From positions 3,390,001-3,422,000 of the forward strand of contig NC_002937.3 of the NCBI RefSeq assembly GCF_000195755.1: 32,000 nucleotides of DNA, read 5' to 3'. Position 1 is the stretch's first letter; every line of letters starts with the position of its first letter. A program made the translations under genes and the position numbers. The notes under the pieces are model-generated. The model worked only from the letters and a program-made list of their open reading frames with translations, was not told where the DNA came from and ran no database searches. This DNA is from Nitratidesulfovibrio vulgaris str. Hildenborough. GTDB taxonomy: Bacteria; Desulfobacterota; Desulfovibrionia; Desulfovibrionales; Desulfovibrionaceae. This document shows positions 16,865 to 25,585 of this stretch, one piece after another.

Positions 16865-19528
16865 CTAGATGTCGCCGCCGTCAGTGTCGGAAGGTCGCCC
16901 GTCGCCGGCACCCTCCATCCTCTCCACGGGTTCATCGCGCAGCCGGGCGCATTCCGCGAGCAACTTCTCGCGCCGCACGGCCAGTTGCGCCACGTCGGTC
17001 ATGATCATGTCCATCTGCCGGGTATGGATGGTGAGATGCCCCGCCACACGCAGGTGGCGTTCCGCCGTCTCGCGGTCTATGCCCTCGAGCCGCGCAGTCA
17101 GCGCGTCACGACGCACCACGGGCGTGAAGCCGAAATTCTGGAGCAACTCCGCCACGAACTGCACCCGCAGGATGCGCCGTTCGATGTTGGCGGCCCCGCC
17201 GCGCAACTGGAACACCACATAGTTCTCCTGCGTACGTTCGCCCACCAGCGACTCCACGGCCACGAAGTGGAAGCCGAAGCGCGAATGCAGGCTGCAGTAG
17301 TTGGACGAGACCATGAAGTAGTTCTTCTCGGAGAAGAACGCCGACTGCGACGCCGGGTCGAGGTGGGGGTTCGCCGTGGCCTCGAACATGACGGACAGGA
17401 AGCCCTTGGCGTCCACGGGAGGCGGCCCCTCCCACGGGATGGCGTTCATGCCCCGCCACAACGCGCGGAAGGGAACGGACTGGATGCGGGAGGCGAGCAC
17501 GAGGGGCCCCTTGAGCCCGACGGGGAAGGCGTCATCAAGGTCGACCACCCAGAATTGCTTGGGCACGTCGCACTGCAACTGCTTGACCCGCGACGGGGCA
17601 TACGCCTGCTGCGACCCGAAGCGGAACATCTCCCCCACCGCCTGCTCATGGCAGTAGCGGGCGATGTCGTGGAAGGTCTGGCAATTGCGGGCCTTGAAGT
17701 CGGGGCTTTCGGGGTCGAAGGTCAGGGGCAGGATGTGGTGCGCGGCCTCTGCAAGGGTGCGGTGCACGGGACTGCGCGGCATGAAGTTGTGTGCGGGCGG
17801 TGCGGCGGACACGATGTCGTAGACATAGTCCGCGTAGACCACCCCGGCATCGCCGCATACCGTCACCGAGTCCACTCCCGAGAGAGCCTCCACCGCCCCC
17901 CGCAGACCGAAGACGGCGGGTTTGCCGAATTCACGGGCGACGGCACCAAGGCTACAGGCGGGCGTACCGTATTCGGCGACCACGGCGCAGGCGCGGTCGA
18001 GGACCATGCCCCACGCCGCCAGCGGGCGTTCCACCACCAGCACCCCGCCGTCGGGGAATGTGCGGATGTCCTCAAGGGTCCTGACCACATGCACAGGCCC
18101 GCACGCGGCACCGGGGCTCACGGTCACGCCGCCGCAGGCCAGCGCCTCGGCGGGGCATGAATCCTCGATGCGCTCTTCGGGGGGCAGGGGGGCCGCTTCG
18201 GGCAACAGGCGCGCATGAAGAAGCGTGAGACGCCCAGCTGCATCAAGCAGCCAGTCGACCTCCTGCCGACAGCCCGCGGCAGCCTCCACGGTGAGGGCGA
18301 GGTCGGCCACCGCGCACGCCTGCGCGTCGTCCAGCACCGGGGCATCGGGCCGTGCATGACTGTGCAGCCTGACACCCCGGGGTGCCGTGCGCCACACATG
18401 GTAGGCGTCCACGTCATGTTCCCCGGTTTCCACGGACTCGGGCAGCCCCGCCCCCGCATAGACATGCACACTGTCGTCGCGCACATGGAGGGGGTTGCCC
18501 GTGTAGGCCACGCCCCCCGCCACGGGGTCGCCCACGACGAAGAACCCTACGCACACGCAGGTGCCCGCGTCGCGCAGCCCGCGATAGCGGCGATAGATGG
18601 TGGCCTGTGGCGAATATTTGAGGGCCAGCGTGGCGCGGAAGGCGGCAAGCACACTCTCGCGGTCGGCGTCGGTGCCGGAAAGCAGCGGCCCCCACAGTGT
18701 CATCCCCCCGTCATCCGCCTGCGCGCCTTCGCCTCCGCTGATGACGGACACGAGGCCCGTCGAGGCATCATGCCCCGTGCCGGGAATGGCCCCGTCGGTG
18801 GTCAGCGGCCACACCCGGCCTCGCAGCAATACCCGCACCGGCACACCACCGGTGCGTTGACGCAGGCTGCGCATGGAGTCCATGAGTGCGTCGGCCACAT
18901 CGTCAGGCACGGGCGCGTCAAGGATGAGCGAACGGATGGATGACGACAGACCCTCGATGTTGTCGGGGCGAATACCCCCAGAGGCCTGCACCCTGCGGCT
19001 GACCTCCTCCTGAAGGCCGCCATGGCGCATCATGCGCTGGCATGCGGCTGCCGTGGCGATGAACCCTTCGGGAACGCGCACGCCCAGTGCGCCGCGAAGG
19101 CCCGCGAGGCGGGTCATGGCCGGGTCGGCCCGGTCGGCACTGTCGAGGCCGGGGTCTCCCAGAGGCAACGCCAGCGGGCCGTCCATGTCGTCGGTGCGCC
19201 CGTAGACGAGGGCGGCGACCTCCGACTGCACGGCGTTGAAACGTTCCTCGAGCGCAGCGAACCTGCCCGGCGCCAACTCGTCTAGCTGGCGCATGCACTG
19301 GAACACCTGCGTGGTGATGCGGGTACAGAGCGCACGCACGGTCTGCATGCCGAACGGGTTGACGCAACACAGCGTCAGTTCCAGTTCGGTCATCAGTTCC
19401 TGGAACTTGCCCCATGCGCCCAGAAAGAGCTTGAAGCGGTGGTAGCGCGCGGCGAAGGCGTCTTCAGGGCGCGTTGCGGACGAAGCGGCGGTCTTCTTGC
19501 GGAACGGGAGCCAGCGCAGCCATGACAT
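16865..19528 (-). CDS. PEP-synthase / pyruvate-phosphate-dikinase-like protein (887 aa) with a degenerate ATP-grasp domain, a swivel domain lacking the catalytic His, and an unassigned C-terminal domain
   Basis: Residues ~135-445 resemble the PpsA/PPDK nucleotide-binding domain (VPEGFIAT, VGFFVVGDPVAGGVAYTGNP, YAGAGLPESVETG, EVDWLLDAAGRLTLLHARLL). Residues ~465-560 resemble the PEP-utilizer mobile domain (GGVLVVERP...AVVAEYGTPACSLGAVAREFGKPAVFG). I recognise no family for residues ~575-887. GAAGGA lies 7 nt upstream of the ATG. Confidence 0.85.
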   Translation of the reverse strand: MSWLRWLPFRKKTAASSATRPEDAFAARYHRFKLFLGAWGKFQELMTELELTLCCVNPFGMQTVRALCTRITTQVFQCMRQLDELAPGRFAALEERFNAVQSEVAALVYGRTDDMDGPLALPLGDPGLDSADRADPAMTRLAGLRGALGVRVPEGFIATAAACQRMMRHGGLQEEVSRRVQASGGIRPDNIEGLSSSIRSLILDAPVPDDVADALMDSMRSLRQRTGGVPVRVLLRGRVWPLTTDGAIPGTGHDASTGLVSVISGGEGAQADDGGMTLWGPLLSGTDADRESVLAAFRATLALKYSPQATIYRRYRGLRDAGTCVCVGFFVVGDPVAGGVAYTGNPLHVRDDSVHVYAGAGLPESVETGEHDVDAYHVWRTAPRGVRLHSHARPDAPVLDDAQACAVADLALTVEAAAGCRQEVDWLLDAAGRLTLLHARLLPEAAPLPPEERIEDSCPAEALACGGVTVSPGAACGPVHVVRTLEDIRTFPDGGVLVVERPLAAWGMVLDRACAVVAEYGTPACSLGAVAREFGKPAVFGLRGAVEALSGVDSVTVCGDAGVVYADYVYDIVSAAPPAHNFMPRSPVHRTLAEAAHHILPLTFDPESPDFKARNCQTFHDIARYCHEQAVGEMFRFGSQQAYAPSRVKQLQCDVPKQFWVVDLDDAFPVGLKGPLVLASRIQSVPFRALWRGMNAIPWEGPPPVDAKGFLSVMFEATANPHLDPASQSAFFSEKNYFMVSSNYCSLHSRFGFHFVAVESLVGERTQENYVVFQLRGGAANIERRILRVQFVAELLQNFGFTPVVRRDALTARLEGIDRETAERHLRVAGHLTIHTRQMDMIMTDVAQLAVRREKLLAECARLRDEPVERMEGAGDGRPSDTDGGDI

Positions 19529-19565
19529 GTGGCGGTCCTTCGTCCTGCGTCCCCTGCGGGGGCGT

Positions 19566-19970
19566 TCAGGCCCTGTCGCCCTCGGCGAGCTTGCGGTCGA
19601 GGCGGCTCTGCTTGCAGGCGTCCTCGATCTTGTAGAGAAGTTCGTCGAAGTCCGCGGGCTTCATGAGATAACCGAACGCGCCAAGGCGCATTCCCTCGAC
19701 GGCGACGGTCATGTCCGCATGGCCCGACAGCATGATGACCTCGGTACCGGGGTGGTCGCGCCTGATGTGCTCCAGCGCGCCGATGCCCCCCATGCCGGGC
19801 ATCTTCACATCCATGACCACCACATCGACCTCATGGTCGGCAAGGTGGGCCACGGCCTCTTCACCGCTTGCCGCCGTGGCGGTGAGCATGCCCCGCCGCG
19901 CAAGCCGCAGCGAGAGCATCTCTGTGCATTCGGTCTCATCGTCGACGAGAAGGACCCGTATGCCGTTCAT
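19566..19970 (-). CDS. Receiver-only response regulator (134 aa)
   Basis: The canonical REC residues are present: D10-D11 (LLVDDE), D54 (VVVMDVKMPGMGG), S82 (IMLSGH) and K104 (YLMKP). There is no output domain. GGAGA lies 6 nt upstream of the ATG. The stop is 37 nt upstream of the 887-aa gene. Confidence 0.9.
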   Translation of the reverse strand: MNGIRVLLVDDETECTEMLSLRLARRGMLTATAASGEEAVAHLADHEVDVVVMDVKMPGMGGIGALEHIRRDHPGTEVIMLSGHADMTVAVEGMRLGAFGYLMKPADFDELLYKIEDACKQSRLDRKLAEGDRA

Positions 19971-20004
19971 GGCACGTCTCCGAGTTCAGGCGTATGGTTC
20001 TGTA

Positions 20005-20033
20005 TTTCTATCGCTCTTCGGGCATTGCCACAA
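20005..20033 (-). promoter_or_regulatory. Candidate sigma-70-type promoter for the response regulator / PEP-synthase-like pair
   Basis: On the minus strand this reads TTGTGG - 17 nt - TAGAAA, inside a locally AT-rich patch about 30 nt upstream of the ATG at 19970. This is pattern-based only. Confidence 0.25.
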
Positions 20034-20194
20034 GGGGCGTCCGTAGCGGGCGGGCAGACATCGGCCCGACCCTCCGGTCGGACACCGCATCGTGCTGCCA
20101 TCGGGAGGGGGTGCCCCCCGCGAACACGGAACAGGGGCGCGGCCACTGCACGGCCGGTGACGGGCCCGCCAAAGGTGCGCAACGGCCCCGCGCG

Positions 20195-20860
20195 CTAGCC
20201 GTGCCCGCCCCCTGCGCGCACGCACGCATCCTCGTGCAGGACGTGATGCATGCAGTAGCGCCATACACGCCACGCAAGGTAGCCCATCACCAGCCCCACC
20301 ACCCAGCCGGCGAGGATGTCACTGGGGTAGTGCTTGCCGAGGTACAGCCGCGACCAGCCAACCAGAAGAGGCACGGGCAGCAGCCACGGCCGCAGCAACG
20401 GCACGGCGAGCATGATGACGAGACAGACAGCCATGGAATTGGCGGCATGCGACGACACGAACGATGAGCCCTTCACCGCCGTCGGCACGAAGTCGGGCGG
20501 CGTGATGCTCCATGCGCCCTCGTCCACCATGTGCACGCCCGCAAGGGCTTGCATGGGGCGCAGCCTTCCGGCCTGCCCCTTGATGACGTTGCATGTGGCG
20601 TCGGTGACGCCTGCGGCAAGCCCCGCCAGCAGCAGCACGGCTGCCACGCGGCGCCAGAGGGGCCGTTCAGGCAGAAGGGCCGCGCCCTGCGGGCCTGAAC
20701 GACGTCGCAACCACAGGAAGCCTCCGGCTACGACAGCCAGCAGAAGCCACAGGGCCATGCCCGACACGGCGGGCATGAGCACGTCGAGAAGAGGGGTGCG
20801 CCACGTACCGTTGGCGAGCCTGAAAAGCGCGAGATCCCACGAAGGGGTGGCGAAGGGCAT
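20195..20860 (-). CDS. PAP2 superfamily membrane phosphatase (undecaprenyl-diphosphate / lipid phosphatase-like)
   Basis: All three acid-phosphatase motifs are present: KGQAGRLRP (KxxxxxxRP), SFVSSH (PSGH-like) and SRLYLGKHYPSD (SRxxxxxHxxxD). The protein has multiple TM helices. Confidence 0.85.
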   Translation of the reverse strand: MPFATPSWDLALFRLANGTWRTPLLDVLMPAVSGMALWLLLAVVAGGFLWLRRRSGPQGAALLPERPLWRRVAAVLLLAGLAAGVTDATCNVIKGQAGRLRPMQALAGVHMVDEGAWSITPPDFVPTAVKGSSFVSSHAANSMAVCLVIMLAVPLLRPWLLPVPLLVGWSRLYLGKHYPSDILAGWVVGLVMGYLAWRVWRYCMHHVLHEDACVRAGGGHG

Positions 20861-20877
20861 GGGGGATTAACCGGAGA

Positions 20878-21783
20878 TCAGTTGAGGATGTAGCGCATGG
20901 GGTTCACGCATACGCCGTTGACACGCACTTCGTAATGGAGGTGGGGGCCGGTCGTACGGCCTGAACTGCCGACGTAGCCGATGATGTCGCCACGCTGTAT
21001 CGACTGGCCTTCCTTGACGACGAAGCGCTGCATGTGGGCGTAACGGGTAGACAATCCGGCACCGTGCTGGAGGATGACGCAGTTGCCGTAGGCGCCGTCG
21101 GTTCCGGCGAAGGTCACCGTGCCTCGCGCCGGGGCCCATATGGGTGTACCGGGACGGTTGTTGATGTCGAGCCCCTTGTGGAACTCGCCCCTGCTCGTGA
21201 ACGGGGACTTGCGCGAACCGAACGTTGAGGAGATGAACCCTTCAGTGGGCCAGATGGACGGTGTGGCTGCGAGGATGTCGCGGTTGGCGCGCAGGGCATG
21301 CAGCAACTCCTGCTGGCGGACCTCTTCGAGCCGTACATCCGTGGCAAGCTGCTTGATGAAGGTGTGCATCTTGCGCGCCAGCAACTCCTGCCGGTGCAGC
21401 GGCAGATACCCCTTGGAGAGGTCTTCGGTGCGCGAACCGCCCATGGAGGTCTGCACTTCGGTGGGGTCCTTCTCCATGTTGATCATGAGCCGCAGCTTGG
21501 TATCGAACTGCTGCACGCGGGTGAGGTCCGCCTGCAAGCCCTGCAACTTGCCCGTCATGGCAAGCAGCTGCGTACTCTGTTCTTCGATGGTCTTCTCGGC
21601 CTCGGCAAGGCGCTGTTCCACCTCATAGGTGTGCAGGTACTTGCCCGCCAGCCAGATGGTGAGCCCCATGAGGCTGGCGACGAACAGCACCCCGGCGATA
21701 CCGCACCAGCCGCGCATGAACAGGTTGCGGCACGAACCGCCCCGTTCGCGGAGGATGACGATGTGGTATTTGCCGAACAGCAT
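20878..21783 (-). CDS. M23 family metallopeptidase with an N-terminal TM anchor and coiled coil (EnvC/NlpD-like)
   Basis: The LytM-domain motifs are HKGLDI (HxxxD) and GPHLHYEV (HxH). A coiled-coil region lies upstream of them. I chose the ATG at 21783 (MLFGKYHIVILRERGG), with AAAGG 5 nt upstream. The alternatives are 21840 and 21867. Confidence 0.85.
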   Translation of the reverse strand: MLFGKYHIVILRERGGSCRNLFMRGWCGIAGVLFVASLMGLTIWLAGKYLHTYEVEQRLAEAEKTIEEQSTQLLAMTGKLQGLQADLTRVQQFDTKLRLMINMEKDPTEVQTSMGGSRTEDLSKGYLPLHRQELLARKMHTFIKQLATDVRLEEVRQQELLHALRANRDILAATPSIWPTEGFISSTFGSRKSPFTSRGEFHKGLDINNRPGTPIWAPARGTVTFAGTDGAYGNCVILQHGAGLSTRYAHMQRFVVKEGQSIQRGDIIGYVGSSGRTTGPHLHYEVRVNGVCVNPMRYILN

Positions 21784-21880
21784 GGGAACCTTTGGCCGGG
21801 GTTGCGGGACACGGAACAGGTCGAAACGGGTCGTAGCCATCAATGCCGGATGCCCACAGACCACCATTGTTAACGTTGCG

Positions 21881-22627
21881 TCAATCGGCCTTGGGTGTCA
21901 AGTCCATCTGCCAACGACACAACCCGTTGAAGACATTGCGTTTCATGCCCTTGTTCTCGCGACACAGCCGCTGAAAATCATCCATCACCTCACTACGCCG
22001 GGTCGCCCCGGCTGACGGGCAGGGGTTGCTCCATACAGGCAGCCCCCACTGCCGCACCGCACGCGCGATGTCGCTCTTCTCCACCATGAGCAGGGGGCGG
22101 ATGACCTGCAACCTGCCGCCAAAGAACGCCTCCTTCATGGACATGCCGTCCACGCGTCCGTTCTGGTACAGGTTCATGAGGAACGTGCCCACGAGGTCGT
22201 CGGCGTTGTGCCCGAAGGCAAGATGGGAGAGCCGATACTGGGCACACAGTTCGAAAAGCCGTTTGCGCCGCAGCCAGGCACAGTAGAAGCACGCGGAGTT
22301 GCGACGGTTCTCCGGCGAATGGGCGCGCGGCCCATGGTCCGTCACCTCGATATGGGCTGCCACACCGTTACGCTCAAGCCACGGCAGCAGCGGGGCATGG
22401 TTCTCCGGGTCGAAACCGGGGTTCACGTGCAGCGCCATGATTTCGAAGGGAAAGGGCACGATGCGCTGCCGTATGCGCAGCACCTGCAACAGCACCCAGC
22501 TGTCCATGCCGCCCGACACCGCAACGCCGATGCGTGCGCCGGGATAGAGCATCCCCGTGTGCTGCATGGTCTTGCCCGCGCTCTTGATGCATACTTGCTG
22601 GGCGTAGGTGTATTTCTCTCTCGCCAT
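21881..22627 (-). CDS. ttcA: PP-loop ATPase, tRNA 2-thiocytidine synthase TtcA-like (248 aa)
   Basis: It has the PP-loop VSGGMDS, a CxxC (CFYC) and a later conserved Cys (NPCPS), as in TtcA-type tRNA thiolases. GGAGGA lies upstream of the ATG at 22627. The 91 codons upstream in the ORF track are junk. Confidence 0.75.
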   Translation of the reverse strand: MAREKYTYAQQVCIKSAGKTMQHTGMLYPGARIGVAVSGGMDSWVLLQVLRIRQRIVPFPFEIMALHVNPGFDPENHAPLLPWLERNGVAAHIEVTDHGPRAHSPENRRNSACFYCAWLRRKRLFELCAQYRLSHLAFGHNADDLVGTFLMNLYQNGRVDGMSMKEAFFGGRLQVIRPLLMVEKSDIARAVRQWGLPVWSNPCPSAGATRRSEVMDDFQRLCRENKGMKRNVFNGLCRWQMDLTPKAD

Positions 22628-22807
22628 GAGTCCTCCACCGGAAGTTCCGGTGCCCCCCGATACCCGCACCGCCCGCCGGAAGCAACCGTTCACGGATACC
22701 GGGGAAGCCCCGTCCCGCACCTCGCACCCTCGGCACCGACACCACATCCGGTATTGGACAGACCTCGGGCAGCTTTGCGGGCGGGGCAGGATCAGGCCCC
22801 TTACTAC

Positions 22808-22837
22808 TTGACTTGAGACATGAACAGGGTCTATTTT
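22808..22837 (+). promoter_or_regulatory. Candidate sigma-70 promoter upstream of rpoZ
   Basis: TTGACT (22808-22813), an 18-nt spacer, then TATTTT (22832-22837). This would give a ~185-nt leader. It is pattern-based only. Confidence 0.3.
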
Positions 22838-23029
22838 CTCCGACTTGGCGTGTCGCCGGTGTTCAGCCCGCGTCGCGCACGCACCGTCCGGGATGCACAA
22901 CAGAGTGACATCCCCGGCTTTTTGTCGTGCCCGCCGCTGAAGGGGTGGACAACGCGCCCGTGTGCGTTATCCTGTCCTTCATCATCGGCTTCTGCCGTAC
23001 ATCACACACCCTCCGGAGGAATCTTACCC

Positions 23030-23263
23030 ATGGCACGTATTACCGTGGAAGATTGCCAGAAGCGCATCGACAACCGTTTCCTGCTCGTCCAGATGGCCAT
23101 CAAGCGCGTACAGCAGTACCGCGAAGGCTACGAGCCCCTGGTGGACTCGAAGAACAAGGAAGTGGTCACCGCCCTGCGTGAGATCGCCGCCGGCAAGGTC
23201 ATGCCCGAAGACCTCGCCCTGTATCGTCCCGCAGAGGGCGAGGAAATGCCCGTCGCCGAATAA
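23030..23263 (+). CDS. rpoZ: DNA-directed RNA polymerase omega subunit (77 aa)
   Basis: [29 protein letters not shown] is the conserved RpoZ N-terminus. GGAGGA lies upstream of the ATG at 23030. Confidence 0.9.
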   Translation: MARITVEDCQKRIDNRFLLVQMAIKRVQQYREGYEPLVDSKNKEVVTALREIAAGKVMPEDLALYRPAEGEEMPVAE

Positions 23264-23275
23264 TCCGGTCGCCCC

Positions 23276-24406
23276 ATGAGCCAGAGAGATTACTACGAAG
23301 TTCTCGGTGTCGCGCGCGACGCGTCAGAGGACGACATCAAGCGCGCCTACCGGAAGCTGGCCCTCCAGTACCACCCCGACCGCAACCCCGACGACCCCGA
23401 GGCCGAACAGAAGTTCAAAGAGGCCGCCGAGGCGTACGACGTGTTGCGTGACGGTGAGAAACGCGCCCGTTACGACCGCTTCGGTCATGCGGGTGTGGGC
23501 AACGGCGGCGGCTTCGGTCAGGGCTTCTCGTCCAACGAAGACATCTTCGCCCACTTCAGCGACATCTTCGGCGACCTGTTCGGCTTCGCCGGGGCCGCTG
23601 GCGGGCGTTCGCGCGGCCCCCGGCCTCAGGCCGGTTCAGACCTGCGCTACAACCTGACCATCTCGTTCAGGCAGGCCGCCAAGGGCGACGAAGTCACCCT
23701 GCGGTTGCCCAAGAGCGTCCCTTGCGACGAGTGCGGCGGCAGCGGTGCGGCACCCGGCACCCGGCCCGAGACCTGCCGTCACTGCGGCGGCGCGGGCCAG
23801 ATTCGCCAGAGTCAGGGTTTCTTCCAGATTGCCATGCCCTGCCCCGTATGCCGTGGCGAGGGCACCGTCATCACCTCTCCCTGCCCCAAGTGCAAAGGTT
23901 CCGGGCAGACGCAGCAGGTCAAGGAACTTTCGGTTCGCATCCCCGCCGGAGTGGACACGGGCAACCGCCTGCGTCTGCGTGGCGAAGGCGAACCGGGCAT
24001 CCATGGCGGGCCTGCAGGCGACCTGTATGTCGTCATCAGCGTCGAGGACGACAAGACCTTCCGCCGTCAGGGGCAGGACCTTGTCGTCACCCGCGAGATT
24101 TCCTTCGTACAGGCGTCGCTGGGCGACCGCATAGACGTGCCCACGCTCGACGATGACATCACCCTCGACATTCCCGCCGGCACCCAGAGTGGCGAGGTCT
24201 TCCGCCTTGTCGACAAGGGGCTGCCCTACCTCGGGCACGGCCACACCGGCGACCTGCTTGTCGAGATCCGCGTCGTGACCCCCACACGGCTCACCAAGAA
24301 GCAGGAGGAACTCCTGCGCGAGTTCGCCCTGCTCGACGAGGAGAAGCCGCTGGAGAAGGTCAAGAAGATGGCCCGCAAGATAGGCAAGGCCATGGGCATG
24401 GACTGA
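23276..24406 (+). CDS. dnaJ: Molecular chaperone DnaJ (type I)
   Basis: It has a J-domain with HPD (YHPDRNP), a G/F-rich linker and four CxxCxGxG zinc-finger repeats ([32 protein letters not shown]). Confidence 0.95.
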   Translation: MSQRDYYEVLGVARDASEDDIKRAYRKLALQYHPDRNPDDPEAEQKFKEAAEAYDVLRDGEKRARYDRFGHAGVGNGGGFGQGFSSNEDIFAHFSDIFGDLFGFAGAAGGRSRGPRPQAGSDLRYNLTISFRQAAKGDEVTLRLPKSVPCDECGGSGAAPGTRPETCRHCGGAGQIRQSQGFFQIAMPCPVCRGEGTVITSPCPKCKGSGQTQQVKELSVRIPAGVDTGNRLRLRGEGEPGIHGGPAGDLYVVISVEDDKTFRRQGQDLVVTREISFVQASLGDRIDVPTLDDDITLDIPAGTQSGEVFRLVDKGLPYLGHGHTGDLLVEIRVVTPTRLTKKQEELLREFALLDEEKPLEKVKKMARKIGKAMGMD

Positions 24407-24710
24407 ACGTAGGTTCTTCCGGGGCGTAGCCGCCCCCCTGCGGCCCCGTCATGCCTCGGCACGGCGGGGCCGTGAAGCACCGTCACCGGGCCCCTGCACA
24501 CGGCAGTGCCCACCCGCCGGCAGGCCGTTGCCCGGAGAGGCCCTTCCCGGAAGGCGGCTTGCGCAGCCTCGGGGATGGCGGTACCCAAGCAGCCGCCCCG
24601 CAGGATGCACCGCCGCAGCGACGGGCGCGGCCCCTTGACCGGGGCGGAAGTATGTTCTACCCAATAGGTGCACCCGGTTCAGGGCGCCTTCCCGACACAG
24701 CCCCAGTCCC

Positions 24711-24742
24711 GCCATGAGATTCTCATGGCGTGGTGTTTTTTT
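24711..24742 (+). promoter_or_regulatory. Hairpin plus T7 tract in the greA leader (candidate attenuator or leader terminator)
   Basis: GCCATGAG-ATT-CTCATGGC is an 8-bp perfect stem (24711-24729). GTGGTG follows, then TTTTTTT (24736-24742), about 40 nt upstream of the greA ATG. The 6-nt gap between the stem and the T tract is atypical. Confidence 0.3.
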
Positions 24743-24782
24743 GACGTGCACATGGCACCATACGTTACAGGCAAGGAACATC

Positions 24783-25274
24783 ATGAGCAGCATTCCTATT
24801 TCCGTCGAAGGCTTCAAGCAGCTTGAAAAAGAGCTGGACCGTCTCAAGAAGGAACGCCCCGGCGTCATTCAGGCCATCAAGGAAGCACGCGAAGAGGGCG
24901 ACCTGAGCGAAAACGCCGGCTACGACGCCGCGCGTGAACGTCAGGGGATGCTCGAGGCCCGCATCAAGTACATCGAATCGCGCATGGCGCAGTTCAATGT
25001 CATCGACCTCGACACCATCTCCGGCGACAAGGTCATGTTCGGCGCCACGGTGAAGATAGAAGACCTCGAATCCGGCGAAGAGAAGGAGTACACCCTTCTT
25101 GGCCCCGACGAGGCCGACTACGCCAAGGGCTCCATCTCCGTGCAGTCGCCCGTGGCCCGCGCCATGCTCGGCAAGGAGGAGGGTGACGAAATCGTGGTGG
25201 ACGCTCCGCGCGGCAAGATCCATTACGAGATCGTCTCCATACGCTTTCTGGGCACCAAGGGTCAGCAGCGTTAG
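24783..25274 (+). CDS. greA: Transcription elongation (cleavage) factor GreA (163 aa)
   Basis: The sequence IPISVEGFKQLEKELDRLKKERPGVIQAIKEAREEGDLSENAGYDAARERQ is a coiled-coil finger with conserved acidic tip residues. A GreA C-terminal domain follows. AAGGAA lies upstream of the ATG at 24783. Confidence 0.93.
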   Translation: MSSIPISVEGFKQLEKELDRLKKERPGVIQAIKEAREEGDLSENAGYDAARERQGMLEARIKYIESRMAQFNVIDLDTISGDKVMFGATVKIEDLESGEEKEYTLLGPDEADYAKGSISVQSPVARAMLGKEEGDEIVVDAPRGKIHYEIVSIRFLGTKGQQR

Positions 25275-25435
25275 CCACGGGCGCGGCCACCCGCGCCTCG
25301 TCACCTCCGGCACATGGCCCTTGCGCAGTGACTCGCCCCGCGACCGGAGGCAGACGCCACGTACAGCCCCCGCCGCCATGAATCCGGCATGGTGTTGCCG
25401 CGGCCCCTTCGGGCAGACCATGGAGGCTCAGACGC

Positions 25436-25456
25436 CTGTCATGCGAAGCATGACAG
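25436..25456. other. Perfect 9-bp hairpin CTGTCATGC-GAA-GCATGACAG in an intergenic region
   Basis: Read directly from the sequence. No U tract follows. Confidence 0.5.
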
Positions 25457-25542
25457 AGATTGCGGCGTAACCTGTCCACCAGAACAACGCCTCTCCGGGG
25501 AGTGGCTTTCCGCATCAGCCCGCATCCCCTGACACGAATCAT

Positions 25543-25585
25543 GACAATCCCGCAGGAGTGCCTCTCCTGCGGGATTGTCGTTTAT
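25543..25585 (+). terminator. Perfect 16-bp hairpin, candidate intrinsic terminator
   Basis: GACAATCCCGCAGGAG (25543-25558), loop TGCCT, then CTCCTGCGGGATTGTC (25564-25579), followed by GTTTAT. It lies about 270 nt after the greA stop and about 210 nt before the efflux operon start. Confidence 0.45.
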
